A stretch of DNA of 64,000 nt. It comes from a candidate division WOR-3 bacterium (lineage in GTDB: Bacteria > Hydrothermota > UBA3073). Shown here piece by piece: positions 29,008 to 39,236 of this stretch (within the stretch, counting starts at the first letter, position 1; each line of letters begins with the position of its first letter). A model generated the notes under the pieces. It saw only the letters and a list, made by a program, of their open reading frames with translations, searched no databases and was not told the DNA's origin. The stretch spans positions 7,776 through 71,775 of the forward strand of contig JAGMCL010000060.1 of the NCBI GenBank assembly GCA_023129165.1, in the 5' to 3' direction. The translations under genes were made by a program, and so were the position numbers.

Positions 29008-30114
29008 TTAGTACAAAATCTTATTTTCTTTACGCTTAAGAAGTGCAATTTTGACAGCACCTGCAATTTTTGCCCTGTCTATTAAGTCTACAACATCCTT
29101 ATGGTATATTGTGGTATGGGCAGAGATTAAAACTATCCTCATTGGACTGCGTAATAGAAGCTGGTGCATTATTTCATCCTGTCTTTTCCTGTCTTCGGGA
29201 TTATCTATTCTACCGAACACCTCTTCATTTATGAACACAGTACTGTCTCTGGCAATATACATATTTAGTTTTACCTCTGTCTTCTTCTCATCTTTCTGCA
29301 TTGTATGTGCCCTTGCTAACGAAGGTGTCGATACAGCAATATTTGACTGATACATCAATGGAGCAAACATCATAAAGAAAAGTATTAAAAGCATCGCCAC
29401 ACTTATACCCGGGGTCAAGGCCTCTGCTGTAGATGATATATCCTCTCTTTCCTCATAACTTCTTGTTCTCCTCACTCTGGTAGGGGTTTTATCCATTATA
29501 TTCTCTTGAGATAGAATGAGCAGGAGCTCTCTTGAACCAATGAACAGTTTATCAACAATAGAGTCTACATCTTTAGAGAAGTAACCATACATAATCGCTG
29601 CAGGAACTGCAATTATTATACCAATAGCTGTTGTCACAAGAGCAACTGCTATACCAAGCATCATCCCCTTTGGCGAACCACCACCAACAGCTGCCATAGC
29701 CAAAAATGCCTGAATTATTCCTATTACTGTGCCCAGCAACCCAAGCAAAGGTGAGATATATGCTATAGTAGAAAGTGTGCCTACATGGCTTTCAAGTTTT
29801 ATCTTCTCCTCAGAAATACTATAATCCAGTTCGTTGTATAAGGCATCTCTGCTAAGATTAGCCCTAGATAGTCCAGACTTGCAGACTCTTGCAAATGGAT
29901 GATCGGTGGAACCAACATATTCCACCGCACCATTTATATCTTTCCTGGATAAAAAATCTCTTATCCTTCCAAGAAACACATCATAGTTAAATCTCATTCT
30001 CAAGAGAAGAACTAACCTATCAAGTATAGCGCCTAATGAAATGATAGAAATAATAGCAAGAGCTATTATTATAGGATTCTTTATAAGATCAAATATGAAA
30101 ACACCAAGAATCAT
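29008..30114 (-). CDS. ExbB-ExbD fusion protein
   Basis: ExbB core (SPLLGLLGTVIGIIQAF...ALVTTAIGIIIAVPA) in frame with an ExbD-like module (ALTPGISVAMLLILFFM...VLISAH...VVDLIDRAKIAG). Confidence 0.8.
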   Translation of the reverse strand: MILGVFIFDLIKNPIIIALAIISIISLGAILDRLVLLLRMRFNYDVFLGRIRDFLSRKDINGAVEYVGSTDHPFARVCKSGLSRANLSRDALYNELDYSISEEKIKLESHVGTLSTIAYISPLLGLLGTVIGIIQAFLAMAAVGGGSPKGMMLGIAVALVTTAIGIIIAVPAAIMYGYFSKDVDSIVDKLFIGSRELLLILSQENIMDKTPTRVRRTRSYEEREDISSTAEALTPGISVAMLLILFFMMFAPLMYQSNIAVSTPSLARAHTMQKDEKKTEVKLNMYIARDSTVFINEEVFGRIDNPEDRKRQDEIMHQLLLRSPMRIVLISAHTTIYHKDVVDLIDRAKIAGAVKIALLKRKENKILY

Positions 30115-30121
30115 ATAATCA

Positions 30122-30745
30122 TTACCTCTTTCCTGACTTGCTCAATATCACCATCAATTCCTTTGAGGCAATTTCAATTCTCTGAATAATTGAATCAACC
30201 CTGCCGGAGAAAACACTAAATAATATAGCTGATGGAACGGCAATTATTATGCCTGTAGCAGTGGTAAGTAGTGCAACTGCAACGCCTGACATCATGGCAG
30301 TAGGGTCTGTGCCCCCTGCCTCTGCCATACCTGAGAAGGCTTGTATAATACCGACAACTGTTCCGAGAAGCCCGAGAAGTGGGGCTATAAAGGCAATCGT
30401 TGAAAGTATCCCCACCCTGGTCTCCAGTTCCGCCCTCTCTTTCATCTGAGCCTTCTCAAGAGTATCATAGGTATCTTCTCTCGTAAGAGAAGACGTCTTA
30501 AGTCCTTCATACAATACCCTTGTAAGGGGTGAATTCTCAGTTCTACATTGATTGATTGCTGAGTCCAATCCCTCCTTTTCTATCTTTCTCTCTATCTCCT
30601 GCATTATCCTGCTTTCGTCAAATCTAACCTTTCTGAGATTAACAAACCTTTCAATTGCCACAACAATCATAACTGCTGCAGTTATTAGTAATACGATTAT
30701 CCATGGTGAAGTCAAAAGTCCAACCAAGGTCGTTCCTGGTAGCAT
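30122..30745 (-). CDS. exbB: MotA/TolQ/ExbB proton channel protein
   Basis: APLLGLLGTVVGIIQAF...GVAVALLTTATGIIIAVP. Confidence 0.85.
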   Translation of the reverse strand: MLPGTTLVGLLTSPWIIVLLITAAVMIVVAIERFVNLRKVRFDESRIMQEIERKIEKEGLDSAINQCRTENSPLTRVLYEGLKTSSLTREDTYDTLEKAQMKERAELETRVGILSTIAFIAPLLGLLGTVVGIIQAFSGMAEAGGTDPTAMMSGVAVALLTTATGIIIAVPSAILFSVFSGRVDSIIQRIEIASKELMVILSKSGKR

Positions 30746-30854
30746 GTTCCCTCCTGCTTATAATAATCTACAGTAAAACACAATTTCAGAGAACACATAG
30801 ATTCTAATGATTTATAAGATATTTCTTCCTCTTAGAATACTAAGTATATAGGAC

Positions 30855-33335
30855 CTATTCTCCGAACCTTGTAATATACTCCTGTGCCTTTTCTTCATCT
30901 CCTATAGCTTGATACGTCTTTGCAATATACCTTCCAGCTTTATTGTATTCCTCACCATCCGGATATTCTGCAAGCACCTTTTTGAAAATCCTTAAAGCAT
31001 CCTCGTAACTTCCAAGATTATAATAAACAACACCCATGATATTAAAAGCTGATGGCACCTTATCGCTCTCAGGGAAATACCTTATAAACTTCTCAGCCTC
31101 CTCTAATTCCTTCATTGGCTGTTTCAACTTGGCGTATGAGAGGATTATATAGTACTGTGCATCTTCAGCATATGGACTCTCTGAAAAGTTCGTAACCAAT
31201 TTTCTAAACTCAATAACTGCATTCGCATAGTTCTCGTCATTAAAGGCACTTCCAGCCCTTATCCACTGTGCCTCAGCAGCATATTGTGATGATGAATGCT
31301 CATTAATAAGTATATCAAGTGCCTCGGGGTTATCCTGCCCTAACATATAATATGAAAGTTCCATCTGGTCTTTTGCTGTTTGTGCTTGTGGAGACTCTTG
31401 ATACAGGATACTGTATTTATCATACTCCCTTATCGCGTTTACATAGTCTCCTGCATTGAAATAAGTGGCTCCCAACTGGAACTGTGCCTCACTGGCAAGC
31501 TCTGACTCCGGGTATTGATTTACCACCAGCCTGAAGTGGTTAATTGCCTTGGTATATTCTGCTGCTTGTTTATACGTAACAGCGAGATCAAAGGCAGCAT
31601 AAGGTGCCTTCTCTGACTCGGGGTAGTTAATTAACACCTTTTCCCAGTAATCAATGGCATTTGCATATTTTTGTGTAACGAATAATGCTTTCCCACCATA
31701 GTAGTATGCATCACCGGCAATTGGACTATCCTGAAATTCATCCCCAATACCAAATAGGAAGACCTGGTATGCTTCGTCATATTCGCCCATATTGAATGAT
31801 GCTATACCCCAGCCATAGAGTGACGCTATAGCAAGAGATGTGTCAGAACCATATCTCTGAAACGCAGACTCAAAAATGTCCTTTGCAGTATTATATCTAC
31901 CCTCTTCAAGTATACACCACCCCTTACTCACATATGCAGGTGCCTTAAGTAAGACAACTTCGTCGTAGTCCTTTAAAACGCTTTCATAGAATGTTTTTGC
32001 CTTTGCTATCCTGTCCATATAATAATAAAGCTCACCTAAAAATAACTTTGCTCTACCAACCCAGATTCCGCCTTTTGATTCAATTAGATGTTCGAAGGAA
32101 CTTGATACAGAAGCTCCTTCGTTATAATCCTGCATTAGATTGTAAGAGTACACCATCATTGCATATGCTGGTATAGCAATCTCTGATATGCTAAAATATC
32201 TTAATATATTTTGAAACCTCTCTATTGCCTCGGTATACCTCTTATCAGAAAGAAAGGTTACTCCTGCAAGATAATCTCCCATACCCGCAAAAGAACCCGT
32301 TGGATAAATACTTGACATCTGATTGAATGCTATAAGAGAATTCAGGGTATCCCCAAGTGCTATATAAGATCTGCCGTATTCAAAATTAGCTATGGCAGCC
32401 ACTCTCAAGTCCGGATAACTGGATTTTGCCTCTTGAAACATTGTAATCGCTTCGTTAATCCTACCAGTTTCAGTAAGTGCCTTACCAATCATATAGATGG
32501 AGTGGGCTGCAAGAAATCTATCCCTCGAATCTGTAGAATATTTATAACAGAACAACGAGGCCTCATAATCACCTTCATGAAAATAACAACATCCTAATTT
32601 ATACCTGGAGTACTCCTTAAGATGACTCCATGGATACTTCTCTATAAAAAACTCATACTTTTCGATGGCTCCAGCATAATCTTTATTATAAAACAGGGCA
32701 TCAGCCATTCCATAGTGACAATATTCAGCAAAGTTTTCATCCTTAAAGCTGTTAGCCAGTTTTTTATATATGGCAAGTGCCTGTAGAGGCTTTCCGAGGC
32801 GCGCAAGACATTTTGCCTTATAGAATAAACCCTCTTTTGTAACTGCATCCTCAAAAAACACCATAGCCTCTTCGTATCTACCCTCAAAATATAATAATAT
32901 ACCTTTACCCGAAAGAATTCTCTTATCCTCCGAGTATCCTGGAAATTCATCTATCTTTTTAACAAGATATTCCTTCGCCCTCTCTGAATCACCTCGCGCA
33001 AGATAAGCCATTCCACAGGCATATATTGCCTCGGGAGCTATATATGAACTCTCATGTTTATCTATTAGGTCTCTGAAAGTATATATAGCCTCGTTATACT
33101 CACCAAGGTTATAATAACACTCTCCAATACGATATAATGCTTCGGGCGCTGTTTCATCAAAGCCTGTTAGTAATTTGTATCCCTTTATTGCATCTTCATA
33201 CTGGTGGTGAGCAAAAATCACCTCCACCTCCTCAAGCCTTTCCACAGGTGTCTTTGAAACCACTGCATATACAGGTTGGAATACTATAATCAACAATAGA
33301 TTATATAAAAATATATATCTTCTTAAACCATTCAT
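30855..33335 (-). CDS. Exported long TPR protein (BamD/CpoB-like repeats)
   Basis: Signal peptide; many A.Y..G..Y...G.Y..A...F...YP.S repeats. Confidence 0.85.
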   Translation of the reverse strand: MNGLRRYIFLYNLLLIIVFQPVYAVVSKTPVERLEEVEVIFAHHQYEDAIKGYKLLTGFDETAPEALYRIGECYYNLGEYNEAIYTFRDLIDKHESSYIAPEAIYACGMAYLARGDSERAKEYLVKKIDEFPGYSEDKRILSGKGILLYFEGRYEEAMVFFEDAVTKEGLFYKAKCLARLGKPLQALAIYKKLANSFKDENFAEYCHYGMADALFYNKDYAGAIEKYEFFIEKYPWSHLKEYSRYKLGCCYFHEGDYEASLFCYKYSTDSRDRFLAAHSIYMIGKALTETGRINEAITMFQEAKSSYPDLRVAAIANFEYGRSYIALGDTLNSLIAFNQMSSIYPTGSFAGMGDYLAGVTFLSDKRYTEAIERFQNILRYFSISEIAIPAYAMMVYSYNLMQDYNEGASVSSSFEHLIESKGGIWVGRAKLFLGELYYYMDRIAKAKTFYESVLKDYDEVVLLKAPAYVSKGWCILEEGRYNTAKDIFESAFQRYGSDTSLAIASLYGWGIASFNMGEYDEAYQVFLFGIGDEFQDSPIAGDAYYYGGKALFVTQKYANAIDYWEKVLINYPESEKAPYAAFDLAVTYKQAAEYTKAINHFRLVVNQYPESELASEAQFQLGATYFNAGDYVNAIREYDKYSILYQESPQAQTAKDQMELSYYMLGQDNPEALDILINEHSSSQYAAEAQWIRAGSAFNDENYANAVIEFRKLVTNFSESPYAEDAQYYIILSYAKLKQPMKELEEAEKFIRYFPESDKVPSAFNIMGVVYYNLGSYEDALRIFKKVLAEYPDGEEYNKAGRYIAKTYQAIGDEEKAQEYITRFGE

Positions 33336-33408
33336 AGAAACTTTCAGTATTTATAAATATGGAAAGATATACAGATATTAATTTTGGAAGAGGGATATAG
33401 AGCTCCAT

Positions 33409-34788
33409 CTACTCTTGTTCTTCTGATGTTTCATTCTCATTCTTTTCCTCAGGTGGAGTCTCTTGCTCGGGGGATTCGGTTTTCTCTCTTATCTCCTCCT
33501 TTATAAGTTCGGGTTTTTCTCCCATTGGAGTCATTATTATCGTTCCTTTTGGTCCTACCGTTTTAAGTGTTACGAATGCATCCTCACACTCATAGACCCT
33601 TTCAGTTCTCTCTTCAGTAACCCTATACTCGAAGTAATAATTACCATCCTCCACAAATATACCGTTATTATCTTTACCATCCCATGCAATCCTATAAGGG
33701 GGTGGGCCATACGCGCCCATTCTCCGTACAGGGGTTCTATATCTGTCCTTAATTATGACCTCCCACTTCTGCACCTCTCCTCTTATATTCGTTTCAAAAA
33801 CAAGCCATGCAAGATTCTCTCCACCTTCACTCATTGGTGAAAACGCAACCTTTGGTGTCCGTGCTCTCACCCTGAATCCTCCAAATTCAAAAGATATTGA
33901 GATGTTATGGGCTGGTGATAGTAAAGAAGATGATTCATAGTGGTAAGCACCTGCATAATCTATCTTAATTGTATATCTGTCCATATCCCTTTTCAATCCA
34001 ACCCCGTATGTGAATTTATACTGATCCATTCCACCTCTTACAGCCATTGAATATAACGGCTTGTATTCAAATCCCATGTGAAATAGCGGAAGTTTTTTTT
34101 CTGAGACAAGGACATCACCACACATCGCAAACATATCACGGTATGGACGAAACGAGAAGCCAATTCTTGCAGATATCGGGGTAGTCTGGGTTTCATTTAT
34201 AAGTGTCCATGAGGGACTTATAAGATTCTGTCCAGATACACCAAAAGAGAACCATCCTGAAGGAAACAGAAGAAGCCCAAGGTCCAAGCCGTGGCCAACC
34301 CCTGACTCATTCATCATTGCCTCGTATAATATCTTATAAGAAATACCCGCTGAAAACCAGCTCTTAATACTAAGAGCATACGTTAACATAGGAGCAATAT
34401 TTGTGTATGTGAAGGTTCCTCTTGGTACCGCTTCCTCAGCAGGATAGCGGTCAATCTTACTTGAGTGCAATGCAAGGAGACCTATACCAAAGTTGCCAAT
34501 TTCTTTGGTTGAAAAGGTATAACTTATAGCCTCAAGCGACAGATTGCTGCTCATGTAAATCATAGAGTGCATAAAGGTTACTCTGTGTCTTTCAACACAG
34601 GATAGACATGCGGGGTTATAATACGAAGAAGATGCATCATCGGCAAGTCCTGTTATTGCTCCTGCCATAGCAAGACCTCTGCTGTCAGAACCCCATGAGA
34701 CGAATACATCCCCGGGCATACCACCATCATTCTCTGCATTTAATAATACCGGTATGAATATGATTAGCAGTAGTATATAATTCCTCAT
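33409..34788 (-). CDS. PorV/PorQ-like (FadL-fold) outer-membrane barrel fused to a C-terminal FlgD-like domain
   Basis: SRGLAMAGAITGLADDASSSYYNPACL hatch motif, amphipathic strands, then FSP...W.VII.D...IAWDGKDNNG..V.DG.Y. Confidence 0.7.
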   Translation of the reverse strand: MRNYILLLIIFIPVLLNAENDGGMPGDVFVSWGSDSRGLAMAGAITGLADDASSSYYNPACLSCVERHRVTFMHSMIYMSSNLSLEAISYTFSTKEIGNFGIGLLALHSSKIDRYPAEEAVPRGTFTYTNIAPMLTYALSIKSWFSAGISYKILYEAMMNESGVGHGLDLGLLLFPSGWFSFGVSGQNLISPSWTLINETQTTPISARIGFSFRPYRDMFAMCGDVLVSEKKLPLFHMGFEYKPLYSMAVRGGMDQYKFTYGVGLKRDMDRYTIKIDYAGAYHYESSSLLSPAHNISISFEFGGFRVRARTPKVAFSPMSEGGENLAWLVFETNIRGEVQKWEVIIKDRYRTPVRRMGAYGPPPYRIAWDGKDNNGIFVEDGNYYFEYRVTEERTERVYECEDAFVTLKTVGPKGTIIMTPMGEKPELIKEEIREKTESPEQETPPEEKNENETSEEQE

Positions 34789-34835
34789 TATTAGAGTCCC
34801 TGTTAACTCCGGATTTATTAAAATCTTATGGCTTT

Positions 34836-35603
34836 CTACCTCATCACACCAAGACCCATCTTTAGTGCGTTTTGCGCTCCGGCACCTTCAAAAGTAATTA
34901 TAAGGTTATATACACCATTTGCGACCTTTATATCATCCTCCCTCTTCCCATTCCATACAAGATAGAAGTAATCATCTTCTTCCCATTTATTAAATCCAGA
35001 GAGATAAGATTCCTTACTCCATATAAGATGTCCGAAGGCATCATAAATCAAGATTGTAGTATTTGTTTCTCCTGATACACTTTCGGGTCTTTTAAAAACA
35101 ATTTTAGTAGTATCACACATCGGGTTAGGATAGGCAAATATATAGGGTAATTCTTCATCTTTAGACTCAGAAACTCTGGATATACCTTCATCTTGGTCAA
35201 ATCTATTCCCAATGTCGATAGGGGGTAAGGTTAAACCTGGTTTGACCTCAAAACTATTACTTGTATCTATCAATGCCTCTCCAGCATCTGCGATAATTGA
35301 TACGCTATCTGAAGAATATAAAACAGATACCTTAATTTCATTTATCCCTTCTGAGAGAATCAATGAACAGGGAGAAAGTAATCTTCGGCTTGGCTCAGAT
35401 AGACCAGGAGAAATAACATAAAGGCTGCATGTTATATCCAGGGGGTTAGAGTTTTCTGAATCTCCATCCAGAACCACCTTTATATTAAATGGAACGCCCT
35501 CTTGTTTTGGTGTATCAAGTGGTTCAATTCTCAGCCTTGGTTGGAGTTGAGAAAAAAGTGGAAGACCAAAAACAAGAAGAATGGGTATTAAAAACCCTTT
35601 CAT
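34836..35603 (-). CDS. Secreted protein with C-terminal sorting/FlgD-Ig domain; first gene of the operon
   Basis: Signal peptide MKGFLIPILLV; AYPNP...IYDAFGHLI...WNG...VANGVY. Confidence 0.65.
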   Translation of the reverse strand: MKGFLIPILLVFGLPLFSQLQPRLRIEPLDTPKQEGVPFNIKVVLDGDSENSNPLDITCSLYVISPGLSEPSRRLLSPCSLILSEGINEIKVSVLYSSDSVSIIADAGEALIDTSNSFEVKPGLTLPPIDIGNRFDQDEGISRVSESKDEELPYIFAYPNPMCDTTKIVFKRPESVSGETNTTILIYDAFGHLIWSKESYLSGFNKWEEDDYFYLVWNGKREDDIKVANGVYNLIITFEGAGAQNALKMGLGVMR

Positions 35604-35610
35604 ACCTGAT

Positions 35611-35685
35611 ATTATAACATCTTTTTTACAATTTGTCAAGTTTTTAAAAAAATTTCTTGCATTTTATAGAAAAATATGATATAAT
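35611..35685. promoter_or_regulatory. Back-to-back sigma70 promoters
   Basis: Minus TTGACA-17-TATAAT (35611-35639); plus TTGCAT...TGaTATAAT (35657-35685). Confidence 0.65.
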
Positions 35686-35701
35686 TCCATCAGGAGATAT
35701 C

Positions 35702-36817
35702 ATGTATACTTTTTTCTTAATATTTATATCGTTCCTTACCCTGCCAGAAATAGACTTTGTATATGCTCCAGGTACATTTATAGGTGACAAGGGGTTAGAG
35801 TTGCGCGTATTCCTCAATATAGATGTTGGAAAATTAACACTTATAAAAGAGGGTGAAGATTTCAATACGGCTTATTCTATCTCTATTATTCTAAAGAAAG
35901 ACAACAGGGAAAGAGGTAACATATGGATGAAAAAGATAGAAGGACTGGCGTATGGAGCAAAACAAACACTCTATGATACAATTACTATAGATATATTACC
36001 AGGCTGTTATGATATGACCATAATCATCTCCGATTTGAACTCTCAGAAATCCATGGAAAAGAAGAGTGAACTTCTGGTCGATAGTCTATCATCTGATTTT
36101 TCAATATCGAGTTTTATTCTTGGAAAATATGACAATTTGATAACCGATAATGCCGTCACAAACATAGATGGAATCTCGTGCTATCTGGAGGTCTATTCAG
36201 ATAAAGAGGCAATGTTTTATTTCACTGCTGAAGATTACAACGATAGCATTTCTATAACTCCTGGAATGACACCAATCACTATGAAACCAGTAATAAACAA
36301 ATTAACCAATAATTTTGTCACTCTTACTGCAGTTATACGGGAAGACGGGAAGAGTTTTGAAAGGGTTGATACTGTTTTTATAGGTAGTACTATTTTTGCA
36401 GATGATAATCTATACAAGAGTAAAATAAATGCACTGATGTATATCTTCGATACTCCAAAGTTAGATACGCTACTCCTAGCTAAACCCGAGAAAAGAGATA
36501 GTCTCTGGGGAGCCTTCTGGAAATTCTATGACCCCACTCCTGAAACTGACAGGAATGAACTTGAGGATGAATATTTGGCAAGAATTAACTATGTGGAAAA
36601 TTATTTAGGAGGTTGGCAAACAGATATGGGTAGAGTCTGGTTAGTAATGGGAATGCCGGATGAAATTGATAGACATCCGTTCGAACTGGAAGTCTGGGCG
36701 TATGAGATATGGTATTATTATTCTATAAACGAAAAATTTATTTTCTACGATACGCATGGACTCGGCTGGTATGAGCTTATATATCCCGAAAACTGGAACC
36801 CCTGGAGAAGTAAATAA
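35702..36817 (+). CDS. GWxTD domain protein
   Basis: FWK..DPTPET.RNE...EY..RI.Y...GWQTDMGRVW...G.PD...YEIWYY; AGGAG RBS. Confidence 0.85.
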   Translation: MYTFFLIFISFLTLPEIDFVYAPGTFIGDKGLELRVFLNIDVGKLTLIKEGEDFNTAYSISIILKKDNRERGNIWMKKIEGLAYGAKQTLYDTITIDILPGCYDMTIIISDLNSQKSMEKKSELLVDSLSSDFSISSFILGKYDNLITDNAVTNIDGISCYLEVYSDKEAMFYFTAEDYNDSISITPGMTPITMKPVINKLTNNFVTLTAVIREDGKSFERVDTVFIGSTIFADDNLYKSKINALMYIFDTPKLDTLLLAKPEKRDSLWGAFWKFYDPTPETDRNELEDEYLARINYVENYLGGWQTDMGRVWLVMGMPDEIDRHPFELEVWAYEIWYYYSINEKFIFYDTHGLGWYELIYPENWNPWRSK

Positions 36818-36835
36818 TTACTGACTTTATAAAAA

Positions 36836-39232
36836 ATGAAAATCATTGCTCCACTTCTAATACCAATCATTATATTTGCTGTTGAGGTTAACATTCCTAC
36901 TGCAGATTACAGTTTTGATAATGGACTGTTGTGCATGGATGGCTTTGGCCATACACCTGGTTTCACCCTTCCAGTCAGGGTTTTTCCAATAATAATACCG
37001 CCAACAATAGAAATATATCAGATCGAGGTAAGTGGTTTCCCTTCTACCATATTAGAATTCAGCCCTAACCTAACCCAATATGCAATCCAAAGAGCCCCTT
37101 TGGAGTCATTAAAAATAGATAGTTCATTCAATAGGAACATGGCTGTTGTTTTACCCTCGATGATATTTAATGATAATGTAATACATCCAGTAATAATATA
37201 TCCTTTTTTCTACAACGAGAATGACGAATTAACACATACACCAGTTATTAACATAAATATAGGTCTTAATATAGACAATCTATCGCTTCCTTCTTATCCA
37301 TTCGGAAGAAATGAAGATAACAAACATCTCTGTATCCTGACGATTCCATCGATTGAGTCCATTCTTGAAAACTTTATTTCTAGAAAAGTATCTTTAGGGT
37401 ATAAGGTTTCTGTTCTTATAGTTCCACCCTTAGTGGATGCTATAGAGATTCGCAAACTTATTAAAGAGAGATATATCGAATGGGGGTTTTCTCATCTTCT
37501 GATAATCGGTAATTACGAGTCAATACCACAATTTCAATACCGGGAAGTAAATACGGATTTCTTTTACGGTGAACTCACATCGGATATGCAGGACAGGCTT
37601 GAACCATTCGCCGAGGTCGCTGTTGGTCGGATACCCTATACTGAACCCCAGGCTGTAGAGTGTCTACTTTCGAATTCGATTCTCTTTCAGATAAGAGATG
37701 AAAAGAAGGATATATTTTTCTCAATCACTGAAGACATGGTTTCACCTGAATTCATAAAAGATATGTACAGTCTTTTCAGTCCCTATAATGTTGACTGCGA
37801 TATTCCAGGGGGTGAATATAGTGTATATATAGAACATACACTCAACGTAAGATTAGATATCCCTCTTGAGAATGCTATTATAATATCTACTACTGCTCAT
37901 TCTGCTGATTTACTCTTGAAGAAATACGGAAATCGAGCAGCATGTATAATTGCCCCAACCTCTGACTCATATCTAATGCCCCGTAACCCTGGTGGTACCT
38001 CAACCTACTTATATAACATATTGAAAAATCTCCTGTTAGAGGATATGAGTATAGGAGAGGCAATAAGATTGGGTGCAATAGATTACTGGATGGAATATCC
38101 CGATTCCTTTACAGAGAAAAATATTGCAAGTTTTCATATCTTTGGAGACCCTACAAATACATTCAAAATCGCCCAATTAGAGGATGTAGGTTTAAAAGAT
38201 GTTCTCTGTATCCCTTTCAGGGTTGAACCTGGCAAGAGTCTTTCTCCAACAGTTATCGTGAAAAACTTTGGGGATAAAACAGCCTATAATGGTAAGGTTA
38301 TTGTTGAGATTAAAAAGGATGGAGATATCCTATACTCTGAAATTGTTGACATATTAGATATCAAACCAATGGATGAAAGAGAAATAGACTTCCCTGAGTT
38401 TGTTATGTGTGAAGGAACCCTACATATAATCATATCAACAATATTCCCAGGGGATTTCAACGCATCAAATGACATAGTAGAAAAGACAATACTTTCAGGT
38501 TTCGATGTTCCGATTGTAATATCAACCGATACATTATATGCAAATCTTTTTATGGAATCCTTATCACAGGAGGCGTTCTTTTCAACTGATACGTCATACA
38601 GAGGGGAATTGAGGAATGTATTTTTTTTAGAACCCTTTCAGGCAGTGGGTGAGAATATATACATAGAGGGATTTATCCCTGATAAAGACTACAGTGGGAG
38701 GATCGATGGTATTGGAAGATTTGCTGGATATTCATTTGAGTATAATGGACCACTCTCATCTGGTCTGCCGGATTGGTTAAACTATGACAGTCTCTCTATT
38801 GCAATGGTAGATACAGATGGAAATCCTGTGGCATTCAACCAGGGTTCTTATTTTATATTTCTTGGTAGGGCATTGTATTTGAACCAACCAGCCCTGTTTC
38901 TGAGCATTATAAGAGCTGATTTTGATATAAAAACAGGCACTCTAAAGGATACATTAACAACCCTGTTCGAATGTAACCCAAATCCAACAAGGGGTGAAAC
39001 AGCGATATTGTTTGAGATACCTCTTGATGATATTCAAGTCACTCTATCCATATATGACATAACAGGACACCTCGTCAAGAAACTTGTAGACAAGAAATTT
39101 TCCATGGGTATCTATTCCTATATATTTGATGGTCTTGATTCCGCCGGGAGGGAACTTGTAACCGGTACATATTTTATCAGTCTCTCACTTGAGGGTATAA
39201 CATTCACAAGAAAACTTATAAAACTAAGGTAG
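36836..39232 (+). CDS. C25 (gingipain-like) protein with CARDB/Ig and C-terminal sorting domain; catalytic dyad looks degenerate
   Basis: HLLIIGN, TDFFYGEL, EVAVGRIP, SIGEA and FHIFGDPT motifs; no GHG or AC motif recognisable. Confidence 0.7.
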   Translation: MKIIAPLLIPIIIFAVEVNIPTADYSFDNGLLCMDGFGHTPGFTLPVRVFPIIIPPTIEIYQIEVSGFPSTILEFSPNLTQYAIQRAPLESLKIDSSFNRNMAVVLPSMIFNDNVIHPVIIYPFFYNENDELTHTPVININIGLNIDNLSLPSYPFGRNEDNKHLCILTIPSIESILENFISRKVSLGYKVSVLIVPPLVDAIEIRKLIKERYIEWGFSHLLIIGNYESIPQFQYREVNTDFFYGELTSDMQDRLEPFAEVAVGRIPYTEPQAVECLLSNSILFQIRDEKKDIFFSITEDMVSPEFIKDMYSLFSPYNVDCDIPGGEYSVYIEHTLNVRLDIPLENAIIISTTAHSADLLLKKYGNRAACIIAPTSDSYLMPRNPGGTSTYLYNILKNLLLEDMSIGEAIRLGAIDYWMEYPDSFTEKNIASFHIFGDPTNTFKIAQLEDVGLKDVLCIPFRVEPGKSLSPTVIVKNFGDKTAYNGKVIVEIKKDGDILYSEIVDILDIKPMDEREIDFPEFVMCEGTLHIIISTIFPGDFNASNDIVEKTILSGFDVPIVISTDTLYANLFMESLSQEAFFSTDTSYRGELRNVFFLEPFQAVGENIYIEGFIPDKDYSGRIDGIGRFAGYSFEYNGPLSSGLPDWLNYDSLSIAMVDTDGNPVAFNQGSYFIFLGRALYLNQPALFLSIIRADFDIKTGTLKDTLTTLFECNPNPTRGETAILFEIPLDDIQVTLSIYDITGHLVKKLVDKKFSMGIYSYIFDGLDSAGRELVTGTYFISLSLEGITFTRKLIKLR

Positions 39233-39236
39233 AACT

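Noticed and set aside
26667-33335. Ordinary Tol-Pal or TonB uptake locus
   Set aside because: There is no TolB, Pal lipoprotein or plug-barrel receptor in the operon; it instead has a PorV-like barrel, FlgD-like domains and an ExbB-ExbD fusion. Such partners elsewhere in the genome cannot be excluded.
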